Source of the DNA: Verrucomicrobiota bacterium
GTDB lineage: Bacteria; Verrucomicrobiota; Verrucomicrobiia; Opitutales; Cerasicoccaceae
DNA: 64,000 nt
Direction of reading: 5' to 3'
NCBI GenBank assembly: GCA_039818205.1
Contig: JBCBUK010000012.1
Location: 71,239 to 135,238, forward strand
Numbering within the stretch: position 1 is the stretch's first letter; each line of letters opens with the position of its first letter. The notes below the pieces were generated by a model, which was not told the origin of the DNA, ran no database searches, and worked only from the letters and a program-made list of their open reading frames with translations. The translations under genes and the position numbers were made by a program. Positions 46,862 through 56,584 of the stretch are shown in pieces.

Positions 46862-49402
46862 ATGAAGACTTTAGTTATTGCCGAGAAACCATCTGTAGCC
46901 GGAGACCTAGCCAAAGCCTTAGGCAAGGTCCCCAAGAAGGGCGACTTTTATGAGAACGACGAATACGTCATTAGCTCGGCCGTGGGACACCTCGTGGAAC
47001 TGTATATGCCCGAGGACATCAGCAAGGATCTCAAGCGCTGGACGCTGAAGACCCTGCCCATCGTTCCACCAAAGTTTAAGCTCAAGCCAATCGCCAAGAC
47101 CAAGCAAAAGTTTCAAGAGCTCAAGAAACTCATTGCGCGGGATGACGTTGGCCAGGTTATCAATGCTTGTGACGCCGGGCGCGAGGGTGAATTGATTTTC
47201 ACCTACGTTAATGAGCTATCCAAGGGAAAGAAGCCCGTCAAACGGCTTTGGATGTCATCGATGACCAAGCAAGCGATTCAAAAGGCCTTCGCCAGCTTGC
47301 GCGATGACGATGATATGAAGCCCCTGCAGGATGCGGCCCGCTCCCGCAGTGAGGCCGATTGGTTGATCGGGATCAATGGAACTCGTGGGGCCACGGTTGT
47401 TTTTGGTCGCCGTGGCGGCACCGCTGCTACCGTAGGTCGCGTGCAGACACCGACGCTTTCGATGATCTATCGTCGCGAGGTCGAGATTCGCAATTTCAAG
47501 CCGCGCGACTACTGGCGCCTAGTCGCCGACTTCGGAGTAACTGAAGGCGAATACCAAGGCATTTACCAAAAGCCTGACTTTAAGAAAGGCGACGACGAGC
47601 ATGACCGCATCGACCGTCTTTGGGAAAAAGAGAAGGCCGAGCAGGTCCTGCAAGAAGTTCTCAATGGCGGACCAGCGGAAGTTACTGAAGAGAAGAAGCG
47701 GACCCGCCAGTCGAGCCCACGTCTCTACGACTTGACCAGCTTGCAGCGTGAAGCAAACAGCCGTTTCGGATTGGCTGCTGGTCACACGCTCAACATTGCC
47801 CAAGCGCTTTACGAGAAGCACAAGATGATCACCTATCCGCGAACCGACTCGCGGGCCTTACCGGAAGACTATGGTCAGACCGTCAAAAATCTCTTGAGCA
47901 ACCTCGATGAGCCTTACGCCTTGCACGCCGAAAAGGTGTTGAGCAACGGCTGGGTCAAGACAGGCAACAAACGAATTTTCAACGACAAGCAGATCAGCGA
48001 TCACTTTGCGATCATCCCCACCGATGCAAAGCCGAAGAAGCTAACCGAACTTGAACAGAAGGTATTCGATCTGATTGCCCGCCGTACAATCGCAATCTTC
48101 TTTCCACCGGCTGAGTTCGATGTAACGACCCGCATCAGCAAAGTGGGCGAACACGCCTTCAAAACCGAGGGTAAGGTGCTCGCCGTTGGCGGATGGATGG
48201 ATGTCTACGGTAAGGGCGGCACGGGTGAAGAAACCCTGACGCCGTTGACCGATCCCGATTTTGCCCGCAACCCAAAGGACAAGGTTGCCGGAGCCGATCT
48301 CAAGGAAGCGAATCTTGACGAAGATCAAACGAAACCGCCACCCCGCTACTCGGAAGCCACCTTGCTCTCCGCGATGGAAGGTGCTGGAAAATTGATCGAC
48401 GACGAAGAGCTGGCCGACGCCATGAAGGAGAAAGGCCTCGGTACACCGGCGACCCGCGCGCAGACAATTGATCACCTCGCCCACGAACGCTACATTGAGC
48501 GCCAAGGACGCGAGCTCGTCCCGACCCAAAAAGCTGAAAGCTTAATGGAGTTTCTCGCGAAGTTCGACATCGAGCAACTGACTTCCCCCGCCATGACCGG
48601 CGAATGGGAATACAAGCTTCGCCAAGTTGAGGAAGGAAAGATCTCTCGCGATGAATTCATGAAAGACATCGTGGATGCGACACAGTCGATGGTCGACAAG
48701 CTCAACAGCCCACCTCCACCAGAGAAGACATCCGTCATTTCACCGTCGGATGGTCAGCCGCTGCTGGAAGACCACCGCGCATGGTTCTCGCAAGACAAGA
48801 TCGAAATTCGCGGCAAGGAGTACCCGAAATTCTCCGTCAACAAGGTTATCGGTAATCGTAAGCTCAATCTGACTGAAATCGAAGCGCTGATCGAAAAAAA
48901 AGAGGTTGGACCGCTCGATGGTTTCATTTCTCGAAACGGCAAAGCCTTTTCTGCGCTACTCAAGTTGATTGATAAGGAAAACGGCACCCAACGGGTAGAG
49001 CTCGACTTTGGTAACAACGGCGAGGAAGAACTCGACGAGAACGTTGACCTGAGCCAATACCCGGAAATGGGCCCTTCTCCCATCGACAATACGCCGGTCC
49101 GCGAAACACCAAACGCCTACGTCAGTGAAGGCCGCGACCCCGATGGCAAACCCGCTTTCCGCCTCAGCCGTAATATGCTCGGCAAGGCACTGCCACCCGA
49201 GGAGGTCAAGAAGCTCCTCACCGAGAAGAAAACTGGCCTGATCAAAGGATTTAAATCGAACCGGACCGGTCGCCTGTTTGATGCCCATCTTCTGCTAAAA
49301 GATGACGGCAAGATTGGCTTCGAGTTTCCGCCCCGCCCCGCAAAGAAGAAGTCCGCGAAGAAGGCAGCCAAAAAGGCCGCTAAGAAAACCGCTAACTCCT
49401 AA
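46862..49402 (+). CDS. topB: Type IA DNA topoisomerase III with C-terminal repeats and Lys/Ala tail
   Basis: IAEKPSVA, CDAGREGELIF, GRVQTPTL, ITYPRTDS (catalytic Tyr), HFAIIPT, GLGTPATRA, TGEWE, GF.S..G..F.A.L repeats. Confidence 0.93.
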   Translation: MKTLVIAEKPSVAGDLAKALGKVPKKGDFYENDEYVISSAVGHLVELYMPEDISKDLKRWTLKTLPIVPPKFKLKPIAKTKQKFQELKKLIARDDVGQVINACDAGREGELIFTYVNELSKGKKPVKRLWMSSMTKQAIQKAFASLRDDDDMKPLQDAARSRSEADWLIGINGTRGATVVFGRRGGTAATVGRVQTPTLSMIYRREVEIRNFKPRDYWRLVADFGVTEGEYQGIYQKPDFKKGDDEHDRIDRLWEKEKAEQVLQEVLNGGPAEVTEEKKRTRQSSPRLYDLTSLQREANSRFGLAAGHTLNIAQALYEKHKMITYPRTDSRALPEDYGQTVKNLLSNLDEPYALHAEKVLSNGWVKTGNKRIFNDKQISDHFAIIPTDAKPKKLTELEQKVFDLIARRTIAIFFPPAEFDVTTRISKVGEHAFKTEGKVLAVGGWMDVYGKGGTGEETLTPLTDPDFARNPKDKVAGADLKEANLDEDQTKPPPRYSEATLLSAMEGAGKLIDDEELADAMKEKGLGTPATRAQTIDHLAHERYIERQGRELVPTQKAESLMEFLAKFDIEQLTSPAMTGEWEYKLRQVEEGKISRDEFMKDIVDATQSMVDKLNSPPPPEKTSVISPSDGQPLLEDHRAWFSQDKIEIRGKEYPKFSVNKVIGNRKLNLTEIEALIEKKEVGPLDGFISRNGKAFSALLKLIDKENGTQRVELDFGNNGEEELDENVDLSQYPEMGPSPIDNTPVRETPNAYVSEGRDPDGKPAFRLSRNMLGKALPPEEVKKLLTEKKTGLIKGFKSNRTGRLFDAHLLLKDDGKIGFEFPPRPAKKKSAKKAAKKAAKKTANS

Positions 49403-50016
49403 TGAAAATCGAGCTGCCCGACGGGGAAACCCACGCTTACATTTTTGACTGCGACGGGACCTTGGCAGACTCCATGCCGATGCACTATCGGGCGTGGAAA
49501 CAGGCTTTTGAAAAGAACAGTGCGAAGTTTCCCTTCACCTGGGAGTTGTTCTACTCCATGGCGGGCGCGGGGATGTATGACTCCGTTGTCATCCTCAACG
49601 AGCGCTATCAAGACGACCTCGACCCCGATACGGTTGTCCGAGACCAGGATCAGTTTCTTCGGCACGAACTTGATTCCGTCGAACCGATCCACCAGGTCGT
49701 CGAGCTGGCGAAGGAGCTCAAGGAAAAGGGATTTCCCATCGCAGTGGCCTCTGGCGGCGATCGTGCCCATGTTGAGAGCACCCTCACCTACTGCGGTATC
49801 ATTGACTTGTTCGATGCCATTGTGACTAAAAATGACGTCGAGCGCAGCAAGCCTGCTCCCGATGGTTTTTTAAAGGCCGCGGAGTTATTGAGTGTCGCTC
49901 CGGAAAAATGCGTCGTTTTTGAGGACAGCCAATTAGGCATCACGGCAGCAGAAACCTGCGGTATGCGGTGGGTGTTTATTGATCCTGAGATCTATTCTGG
50001 CGGCGCCGGAATTTAG
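49402..50016 (+). CDS. HAD-IA family phosphatase (YqaB-like)
   Basis: FDCDGTLADSM, KPAPD, FEDS; TAATG coupling with topB. Confidence 0.9.
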   Translation: MKIELPDGETHAYIFDCDGTLADSMPMHYRAWKQAFEKNSAKFPFTWELFYSMAGAGMYDSVVILNERYQDDLDPDTVVRDQDQFLRHELDSVEPIHQVVELAKELKEKGFPIAVASGGDRAHVESTLTYCGIIDLFDAIVTKNDVERSKPAPDGFLKAAELLSVAPEKCVVFEDSQLGITAAETCGMRWVFIDPEIYSGGAGI

Positions 50017-50135
50017 CCAAAAATCGGGTATTCCAGCTCGCTAAGTTGGAGTTAATCAACGGTTAGCAATATCTGACCTTGCTCATTTTGTTCGAATGGG
50101 CATACTGGCGAGGAAACTGCTAAGCCAAGTCCTCC

Positions 50136-51395
50136 ATGCCCAAGAACATAGGATTTATCTCCACCCGATTCGCTGGCACCGACGGCGTTTCTCTCGAAAG
50201 CGCCAAATGGGCTGAAGTCCTCTGGGACGACCGCCACATCAGTTATTGGTACAGTGGCCTCAGCGACCGCGAAGAAGGTATCTCCTACGTGGTCCCCGAG
50301 GCTTATTTTGGCCACCCTGAAAACGAGTGGATCAATCAGCGCCTTTGGAAACGCAATCGGCGAGACCCGCTGGTCTCAGCCCGAATTCGCGACCTAGCTG
50401 ATTATCTAAAGACAACGCTGTATGCGTTTGCCCGCCAGTATGAGTTGGATTTCATCATCCCGCAGAATGCGCTGACCATTCCGATGCATGTCCCCCTGGG
50501 GATCGCGGTCACCGAATTCCTTGCGGAAACGGGGATGCCCGCCATCGCCCACCACCATGATTTCTATTGGGAGCGAACACGTTTCTCAGTAGGATGCATC
50601 CAGGATTACCTGGACTTCGCATTCCCGCCAGGCCTTTCAAACATTCGTAACGTTGTTATCAATCGGCCAGCGCAGGAGCAGTTCGCCTTGCGGAAAGGGG
50701 ATTCAGCCCTCCTCATTCCCAATGTGTTCGACTTTGATCAACCGGCGCCTCAGCCAGATGAATACTCGGATGACATCCGGGAACAGATCGGACTCGAGGA
50801 CGACGATATCCTCATCCTTCAGCCGACGCGGATTGTTCCACGGAAAGGCATTGAGCACGCCATCACGGCCGTTGGCATGCTTAAAGATCCCAAGTGCAAG
50901 CTGGTCATCTCCCATGCGGCGGGAGACGAAGGCATGGACTACAAACACATGCTCGAAGAGAAAGCCCGCGAAGAGAATGTTGATCTTCGCTTTTTCGACG
51001 AGCGGATTGGTGAGGTTCGCCAATACGATGACGAGGGCCGCAAAATCTATACCCTTTGGGATCTCTACCCGCACGCCGACTTCGTGACCTTCCCGAGTAT
51101 GTACGAAGGGTTCGGAAATGCGCTTTTGGAAGCCGTGTATTTTCGCAAACCAACGCTCGTCAATCGATACTCGATTTTCATTCAGGATATCGAGCCCAAG
51201 GGATTCCGGTTCGCATTGATGGACGGCATTGTGACGAACCGTGTCGTGAAGGAAATTCGGCGGATTCTCGACGACCCAACCTACCGTGAGGAAATGTGTG
51301 AACACAACTACCGGGTCGCCCGACGCCACTACTCCTACACGGTGCTGCGACGCGCGCTCCGCACCATGATGACCGCATTGACCGGCCTCAACTAA
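50136..51395 (+). CDS. GT4 glycosyltransferase, mannosylglucosylglycerate synthase (MggS)-like
   Basis: DGVSLE..KW, AHHHDFYWER, FPP, VVIN, PNVFDF, LQPTRI..RKGIE, YEGFGNALLE resemble Thermotogales MggS as I recall it. Confidence 0.75.
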   Translation: MPKNIGFISTRFAGTDGVSLESAKWAEVLWDDRHISYWYSGLSDREEGISYVVPEAYFGHPENEWINQRLWKRNRRDPLVSARIRDLADYLKTTLYAFARQYELDFIIPQNALTIPMHVPLGIAVTEFLAETGMPAIAHHHDFYWERTRFSVGCIQDYLDFAFPPGLSNIRNVVINRPAQEQFALRKGDSALLIPNVFDFDQPAPQPDEYSDDIREQIGLEDDDILILQPTRIVPRKGIEHAITAVGMLKDPKCKLVISHAAGDEGMDYKHMLEEKAREENVDLRFFDERIGEVRQYDDEGRKIYTLWDLYPHADFVTFPSMYEGFGNALLEAVYFRKPTLVNRYSIFIQDIEPKGFRFALMDGIVTNRVVKEIRRILDDPTYREEMCEHNYRVARRHYSYTVLRRALRTMMTALTGLN

Positions 51396-51414
51396 CCTCT
51401 CCGCTATCGCTACC

Positions 51415-53163
51415 ATGATTAAATATATCGACCAGGAAATTTTTGGACGAATCAAACGACGCCTGCGCATTCTTTACGGAGACCAGGCCGACCAGTTAAC
51501 CGAGAGGCTCTACTACCTGATTGGCAGATACGGCATCGGCACCCAACCGCCGATCAAACCGGAGAACCCATGGTCCGAGAATGATGTCTTCCTCATCACC
51601 TATGCCGATACAATCAATAAGGAAGGAGAGGCGCCTTTGACCACACTTCGCCGGTTTTCGACCGAGCATCTCAAAGGAGCGATTAACACTATCCATATTT
51701 TGCCATTCTATCCTTGGTCGAGTGACGATGGTTTTTCCGTGATCGATTACCGCGAAGTAAAGGAAGACTACGGCGACTGGAAGCACGTCGAGCAATTGGG
51801 CGACGACTTCAAGCTGATGTTCGACTTGGTGCTTAACCACTGCTCCAGCCAAAGTGCGTGGTTCCGCGACTTCCTGGTCGGCATTGCACCCGGCGTCGAC
51901 TACTTCCATTCGATGGATCCAGCGACCGACCTCTCCGAGGTGGTCCGCCCCCGCACCTCCCCCTTGCTTACGGAAACAACGACTCGCGACGGTGGAGCAT
52001 GGATCTGGACCACTTTCAGCGCCGACCAGGTAGACCTTAACTGGCAAAACCCAGATGTCTTGTTTGAGTTCCTAGACATTTTGATGATCTACATCAGCCA
52101 CGGCGCAACGACCGTGCGCCTTGATGCCGTCGCGTTTCTTTGGAAGGAGTTGGGCACCAATTGCCTCCACTTGCCGGAGACTCACGAGATGGTCAAACTC
52201 CTGCGTGACTTCTGCGAGCTTGTCGCCCCGCACCTGCTCATCATCACCGAAACCAACGTTCCTCATGAAGAGAACGTGAGCTATTTTGGGAAAAATGATG
52301 AGGCGCACATGGTTTACAATTTCAGCTTGCCGCCGCTTTTGTTGCATGGGCTTTTGACTAACAACAGCACCTATCTAACCAAATGGGCTAAGTCCTTGGA
52401 ATATCCGGATCCGGGCGAAGGAACCTTCTTTAATTTCACGGCATCCCATGACGGTGTTGGTGTCCGCCCATTGCAGGGACTATTACCGCAACGCGAATTC
52501 GATAAACTCATCCACACGGTCGAGGATCGCGGTGGCCATGTCTCCAAACGTACGTTGGCGGACGGCACCCAGAGTCCCTACGAGTTGAACATCACCTATT
52601 ACTCCGCCTTGGCTGGTCGACACGATTCGGACGGATTGGGTGGGGCTCGTTTCTTATGTTCGCAAGCCGTCGCACTCGCGCTAAAGGGCGTCCCAGCGGT
52701 CTACTTTCATAGCCTGGTAGCAACACCGAACTACCACGAAGGCGTCGAACAGACCCACCAGCCGCGAACAATCAACCGACGCAAATATGATGAGGGCGAA
52801 CTGATGGAAGCCCTGGGCGATAAGAACCTGGCCCAAGGAAAAGTCTTCCGGCGCTACCTTCAGATGCTGCGTCGGCGTTCGAACTACCAAGCGTTTCATC
52901 CCGATGGTGACCAGAAGATCATCGATGCCGGCCGTAAAGTCTTTGCGATCGAGAGAACGTCTCCACGTGGAAATCAGACGATCTTTTGTGTGTTCAACTT
53001 TAGCGAAGAAGAGCAAACGATCGTTAATCCCAAGGATACGGAAGTGCTCAAAAACGCCAAAAAGTTCTACGATATTCTTTCGGGCAAGACACACAGCGAC
53101 GGTTCCCGAGGAATCAAGCTCGGACCGTACCAAGCCAAGTGGCTCGTTCCGCGCGCTGAGTAA
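51415..53163 (+). CDS. GH13_18 sugar phosphorylase, glucosylglycerate phosphorylase (YcjM-like)
   Basis: HILPFYP.SSDDGF, WTTFSADQVDLN, RLDAVAF, ITETNVPH, NFTASHDGVG, YELNITY. Confidence 0.85.
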   Translation: MIKYIDQEIFGRIKRRLRILYGDQADQLTERLYYLIGRYGIGTQPPIKPENPWSENDVFLITYADTINKEGEAPLTTLRRFSTEHLKGAINTIHILPFYPWSSDDGFSVIDYREVKEDYGDWKHVEQLGDDFKLMFDLVLNHCSSQSAWFRDFLVGIAPGVDYFHSMDPATDLSEVVRPRTSPLLTETTTRDGGAWIWTTFSADQVDLNWQNPDVLFEFLDILMIYISHGATTVRLDAVAFLWKELGTNCLHLPETHEMVKLLRDFCELVAPHLLIITETNVPHEENVSYFGKNDEAHMVYNFSLPPLLLHGLLTNNSTYLTKWAKSLEYPDPGEGTFFNFTASHDGVGVRPLQGLLPQREFDKLIHTVEDRGGHVSKRTLADGTQSPYELNITYYSALAGRHDSDGLGGARFLCSQAVALALKGVPAVYFHSLVATPNYHEGVEQTHQPRTINRRKYDEGELMEALGDKNLAQGKVFRRYLQMLRRRSNYQAFHPDGDQKIIDAGRKVFAIERTSPRGNQTIFCVFNFSEEEQTIVNPKDTEVLKNAKKFYDILSGKTHSDGSRGIKLGPYQAKWLVPRAE

Positions 53164-53173
53164 TTTGCGTTAG

Positions 53174-54781
53174 CTATTGGCCTGGGTTGAGTAGGCCTTG
53201 AATCGTTTCCAAGCTATCGGCATCAGCCGGGAGCTTGTCAGTACGCCATCGGGAAATTCGTGGAAAGCGTACGGCGAGGCCGCTTTTGTGCCGCGTCGAT
53301 TCAGCGATGCCTTCGAAGTGTAGCTCAAATACCAACTGTGGCTCGACTGTTCGCACTGGGCCATGCTTGGCAAGCGTGTGTGCCCTTACCCATTGGTCGA
53401 CTTCGCGAATCTCGGCATCGGTCAATCCACTGTAAGCCTTCGCGAAGGTTACCAACTCCTCGCCTCGCCACACCGCAAAAGTGTAATCTGTAAACAACCC
53501 GGATCGCCGACCGTGCCCCGCCTGAGCCGCCACCATCACCGCATCGACCGAAAATGGATCAACCTTCCACTTCCACCAATCCCCCTTCACCCGGCCAACG
53601 CCATACTCAGCGGCGTTGCGCTTAAGCATCAGCCCCTCGACCCCTCGCGCGCGCGACTGTTCGCGAAACTGAACAAGGTCCTCCCAAGATTGGAACTCCA
53701 CCGCCGGAGCCAACAGGATACCTTGTTGATCCTCTGGAAGAGATTGAATTGCTTTGCCAAGCAAAGTGACTCTCTGATGCAGATCATTCTTCCGAACATC
53801 CTCTCGCTTCCACTCCAGACAATCGTAACCAATGAACGCCACTGGAGAACTCTCGAGAATCTTTGTTGATAATTTTGTACGCCCGATTCGTTTTTGAAGA
53901 ACTGCAAAGCTCAAGGGTTTACCGTCACGCCATGCCATCAGCTCACCATCAAGGACCGTTCCGTTCGGCAATCGTGCAGCGACTGAAACCACTTCCGGAA
54001 AGCGCTCGGTTAGCACCTCCTCTCCGCGGGACCACAGCATCACTTGGCCCTCACGTTTAATTAACTGGGCACGGATACCGTCCCACTTCCACTCCGCACG
54101 CCAATCTCCAAGCTCCCCTAGATCTTCCAGCGAGCCTTCAAGCGGATAAGCGAGGTAGAATGGATAGGGGCGCGCGACATCAGCACTCGCATCGTCATCC
54201 TCCTGCAGAAGTCGCTCAAAGGCGGCGGCTGAGGGTTGCCATTTCCCCATCAGGCGATGCTCCATAATCGGGGGTTCGACGCCCACGACTTGCGCAAGTG
54301 CGCGAACAACCAAAGTCCTACTGACCCCTACTCGGAAACCACCGGTAATGAGTTTATTGTAAACGAATCGCTGGCGACTCGGAAGGCTAGACCAAGCCTC
54401 CTTGACCAGTTGAAATTGCAATGGGCCGTCCCAATCCGCCAGAGCCATAACCTTATCTTCAACGACTTCCCACAACGGTTTCGGCTGATGCTCATCGACA
54501 TCGGGTTCCGGCAGAATCAACGAGATGGTCTCCGCGAGATCGCCCACGTGGTTGTAGCTCTCCTCCACCAGCCATAGCGGATATCCTGAAAGCTGGGAGG
54601 CCCACTCCCGCAGGAGCTTTGTCTTAACAGCAGCCTTCAGGCGGTTCCCGATCAAGAACCACAATGCCCACGCCGCCGAGCGTGGCTCAGCCGTTGAAAA
54701 GTACTCGCTCAACGCTTGGACTTTATCGTTGGTTCGGTTCGAGGCGTCCAATCGGTAGAAGAGTTCGGTAAATGCCTTCAT
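53174..54781 (-). CDS. ATP-dependent DNA ligase
   Basis: EWKWDGIRAQ (KxDG), VLDGE, EGLMLK, WWKWK, KAYSGLTD, AVRFPRI. Confidence 0.95.
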   Translation of the reverse strand: MKAFTELFYRLDASNRTNDKVQALSEYFSTAEPRSAAWALWFLIGNRLKAAVKTKLLREWASQLSGYPLWLVEESYNHVGDLAETISLILPEPDVDEHQPKPLWEVVEDKVMALADWDGPLQFQLVKEAWSSLPSRQRFVYNKLITGGFRVGVSRTLVVRALAQVVGVEPPIMEHRLMGKWQPSAAAFERLLQEDDDASADVARPYPFYLAYPLEGSLEDLGELGDWRAEWKWDGIRAQLIKREGQVMLWSRGEEVLTERFPEVVSVAARLPNGTVLDGELMAWRDGKPLSFAVLQKRIGRTKLSTKILESSPVAFIGYDCLEWKREDVRKNDLHQRVTLLGKAIQSLPEDQQGILLAPAVEFQSWEDLVQFREQSRARGVEGLMLKRNAAEYGVGRVKGDWWKWKVDPFSVDAVMVAAQAGHGRRSGLFTDYTFAVWRGEELVTFAKAYSGLTDAEIREVDQWVRAHTLAKHGPVRTVEPQLVFELHFEGIAESTRHKSGLAVRFPRISRWRTDKLPADADSLETIQGLLNPGQ

Positions 54782-55824
54782 TCACGCCCCTCCTCCTCAG
54801 AGTCTTCCTCAACGTTCTCGCTGCCTGCTTGCTCCCCCACAAAGCGCGTTGGCAGGTCATAGGCATCGAGGCCAAGTTCTTCACGCGCGTAGCGAATAAA
54901 TGGTGCCGTGTGACCATGGGTCACACCAATCTTCGTTGCCCCCGTAGATCGAACGGCGTCGACCAAGCCAGGCCAATCAACATGATCCGAGAGCACGAAG
55001 CCTCGATCCAATGATTGCCAACGGCGCGCGCCACGAATCGCCATCCAACCGCTAGCAAAAGACAGCGACAGCGGAGCAACTTTGCGAAGCCACGGCGTTC
55101 CCTGTGCCGAACCTGGCGCCACGACAAGGCCCTGCCCCTTGATCGATTTCGCATTCTCTTTGGTCAACCGTTCCGCTGCAGGCAAGGAGACGCCTTCTTT
55201 CGCATACAGGGGCAAGAAGTTTGCAACTGCACCGTGCACCGCAATGGGGCCGATGGAGGCATCAACACCCGCAAGCACCCGCTGCGCCTTACCCAAGGAG
55301 TAAGCGAAGACCACCGAAGTCCGGCCCTGGGTCTGATTCTCGCGCCACCAGTGGTTTATCTCCTCGAAGACGAGGCGACTATCCGGCCAACGGTAAACGG
55401 GTAGGCCAAAGGTACATTCCGTAATGAAGTGGTGACAAGGAACGGGCTCAAAGTGTTCGGCGGTGGGATCAGGCATCGTCTTGTAGTCACCCGACACGAC
55501 CCATATCTCACCTTGGTATTCAATTCTCACCTGAGCCGAGCCCAGAATGTGGCCTGCTGGGTGTAAAGAAACTTGTACCCCATTCCAACTAATTTTATCA
55601 CCAAAGGGAACTCCTTGGATGGGTGCCTTGTCTCCAATTCGCAGGCGGAGAACGCCCTCGCCTGAACTTGAACATAGGTATGCACCTGAACCCGAACGAG
55701 CATGATCACTGTGCGCATGAGTAATCACCGCACGACCAACACGGCGCCACGGATCCACGTAAAAATCCCCGACCTCGCAATAGAGGCCGTTGGCGGTGGG
55801 GCGTATGAGGGGTGCTTGGCTCAC
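54778..55824 (-). CDS. Ligase-associated DNA damage response exonuclease (MBL/beta-CASP)
   Basis: DPWR, ITHAHSDH, PAGHILGS, SGDYK, ITECTFGLP, YSLGKAQR, ASGWM, LSDHVDW, THG. Confidence 0.92.
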   Translation of the reverse strand: MSQAPLIRPTANGLYCEVGDFYVDPWRRVGRAVITHAHSDHARSGSGAYLCSSSGEGVLRLRIGDKAPIQGVPFGDKISWNGVQVSLHPAGHILGSAQVRIEYQGEIWVVSGDYKTMPDPTAEHFEPVPCHHFITECTFGLPVYRWPDSRLVFEEINHWWRENQTQGRTSVVFAYSLGKAQRVLAGVDASIGPIAVHGAVANFLPLYAKEGVSLPAAERLTKENAKSIKGQGLVVAPGSAQGTPWLRKVAPLSLSFASGWMAIRGARRWQSLDRGFVLSDHVDWPGLVDAVRSTGATKIGVTHGHTAPFIRYAREELGLDAYDLPTRFVGEQAGSENVEEDSEEEGRE

Positions 55825-55876
55825 GATTTTCGTTGTGCGTTTTGCCGTAGCCTATGCAATGATTTCTTGTTGTCGA

Positions 55877-56503
55877 ATGAGCATTGAATTTACAGAGGCC
55901 TTGCTGCGCTACGGATGGATTCCATTCCTAACCGCTTTCATTGGATGGATAACGAATTGGTTGGCCATCCAAATGCTCTTTCGACCACGCGAACCCTTGT
56001 TTTTCCTCGGATTCAAGCTGCAGGGGCTGATTCCGAGGCGACAACTTGAAATGGCCGACCGCGTTGCGGAGGTGGTTGAGCAGGAGTTTCTCAGCCAGCA
56101 CTTAATACGCGAACAACTGCAGCAACTCGATATCCATGGCTACATCGATGGATTTGTGAGCCGGCTGATTCGCCAACGCCTAGGAAGCAAACTCCGGAAT
56201 ATCCCGATTATTGGCGGGATGATCAATGAATCCAATCTTGCGATGCTCGAGAAACTCGCTCTGGAATCAATCCACGAAGAGATCGAGCCACTGCGAAATC
56301 GATTGGCGGAAGACCTCGAGGCTCGACTCCAGGTAAAAGAGATCGTGAAGGAGCGCATCGTTGGGTTTGAGATGGACCGTCTCGAAGAGCTCGTACGCCG
56401 GATTGCTGCTCGAGAATTTCAACTTATCGAAGTCCTGGGAGGTGTCCTGGGCTTTATTGTAGGCCTAGCCCAAGTGTTGATTCTTTACCTCATCGGCGGT
56501 TGA
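55877..56503 (+). CDS. DUF445 family membrane protein
   Basis: IGWITNWLAIQMLFRP, QGLIPRR, IEVLGGVLGFIVG. Confidence 0.88.
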   Translation: MSIEFTEALLRYGWIPFLTAFIGWITNWLAIQMLFRPREPLFFLGFKLQGLIPRRQLEMADRVAEVVEQEFLSQHLIREQLQQLDIHGYIDGFVSRLIRQRLGSKLRNIPIIGGMINESNLAMLEKLALESIHEEIEPLRNRLAEDLEARLQVKEIVKERIVGFEMDRLEELVRRIAAREFQLIEVLGGVLGFIVGLAQVLILYLIGG

Positions 56504-56584
56504 TCCCTTAAAAATCGCTTCCTCCCAAATGCAATCTCCATGCTTGGCACCGACGGATTCATCGTTTGACTGGTGATAGTCAGA

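Noticed and set aside
55825..55876. LexA box upstream of the exonuclease-ligase pair
   Set aside because: No TGTTC-N4-GAACA-type or other clear palindrome.
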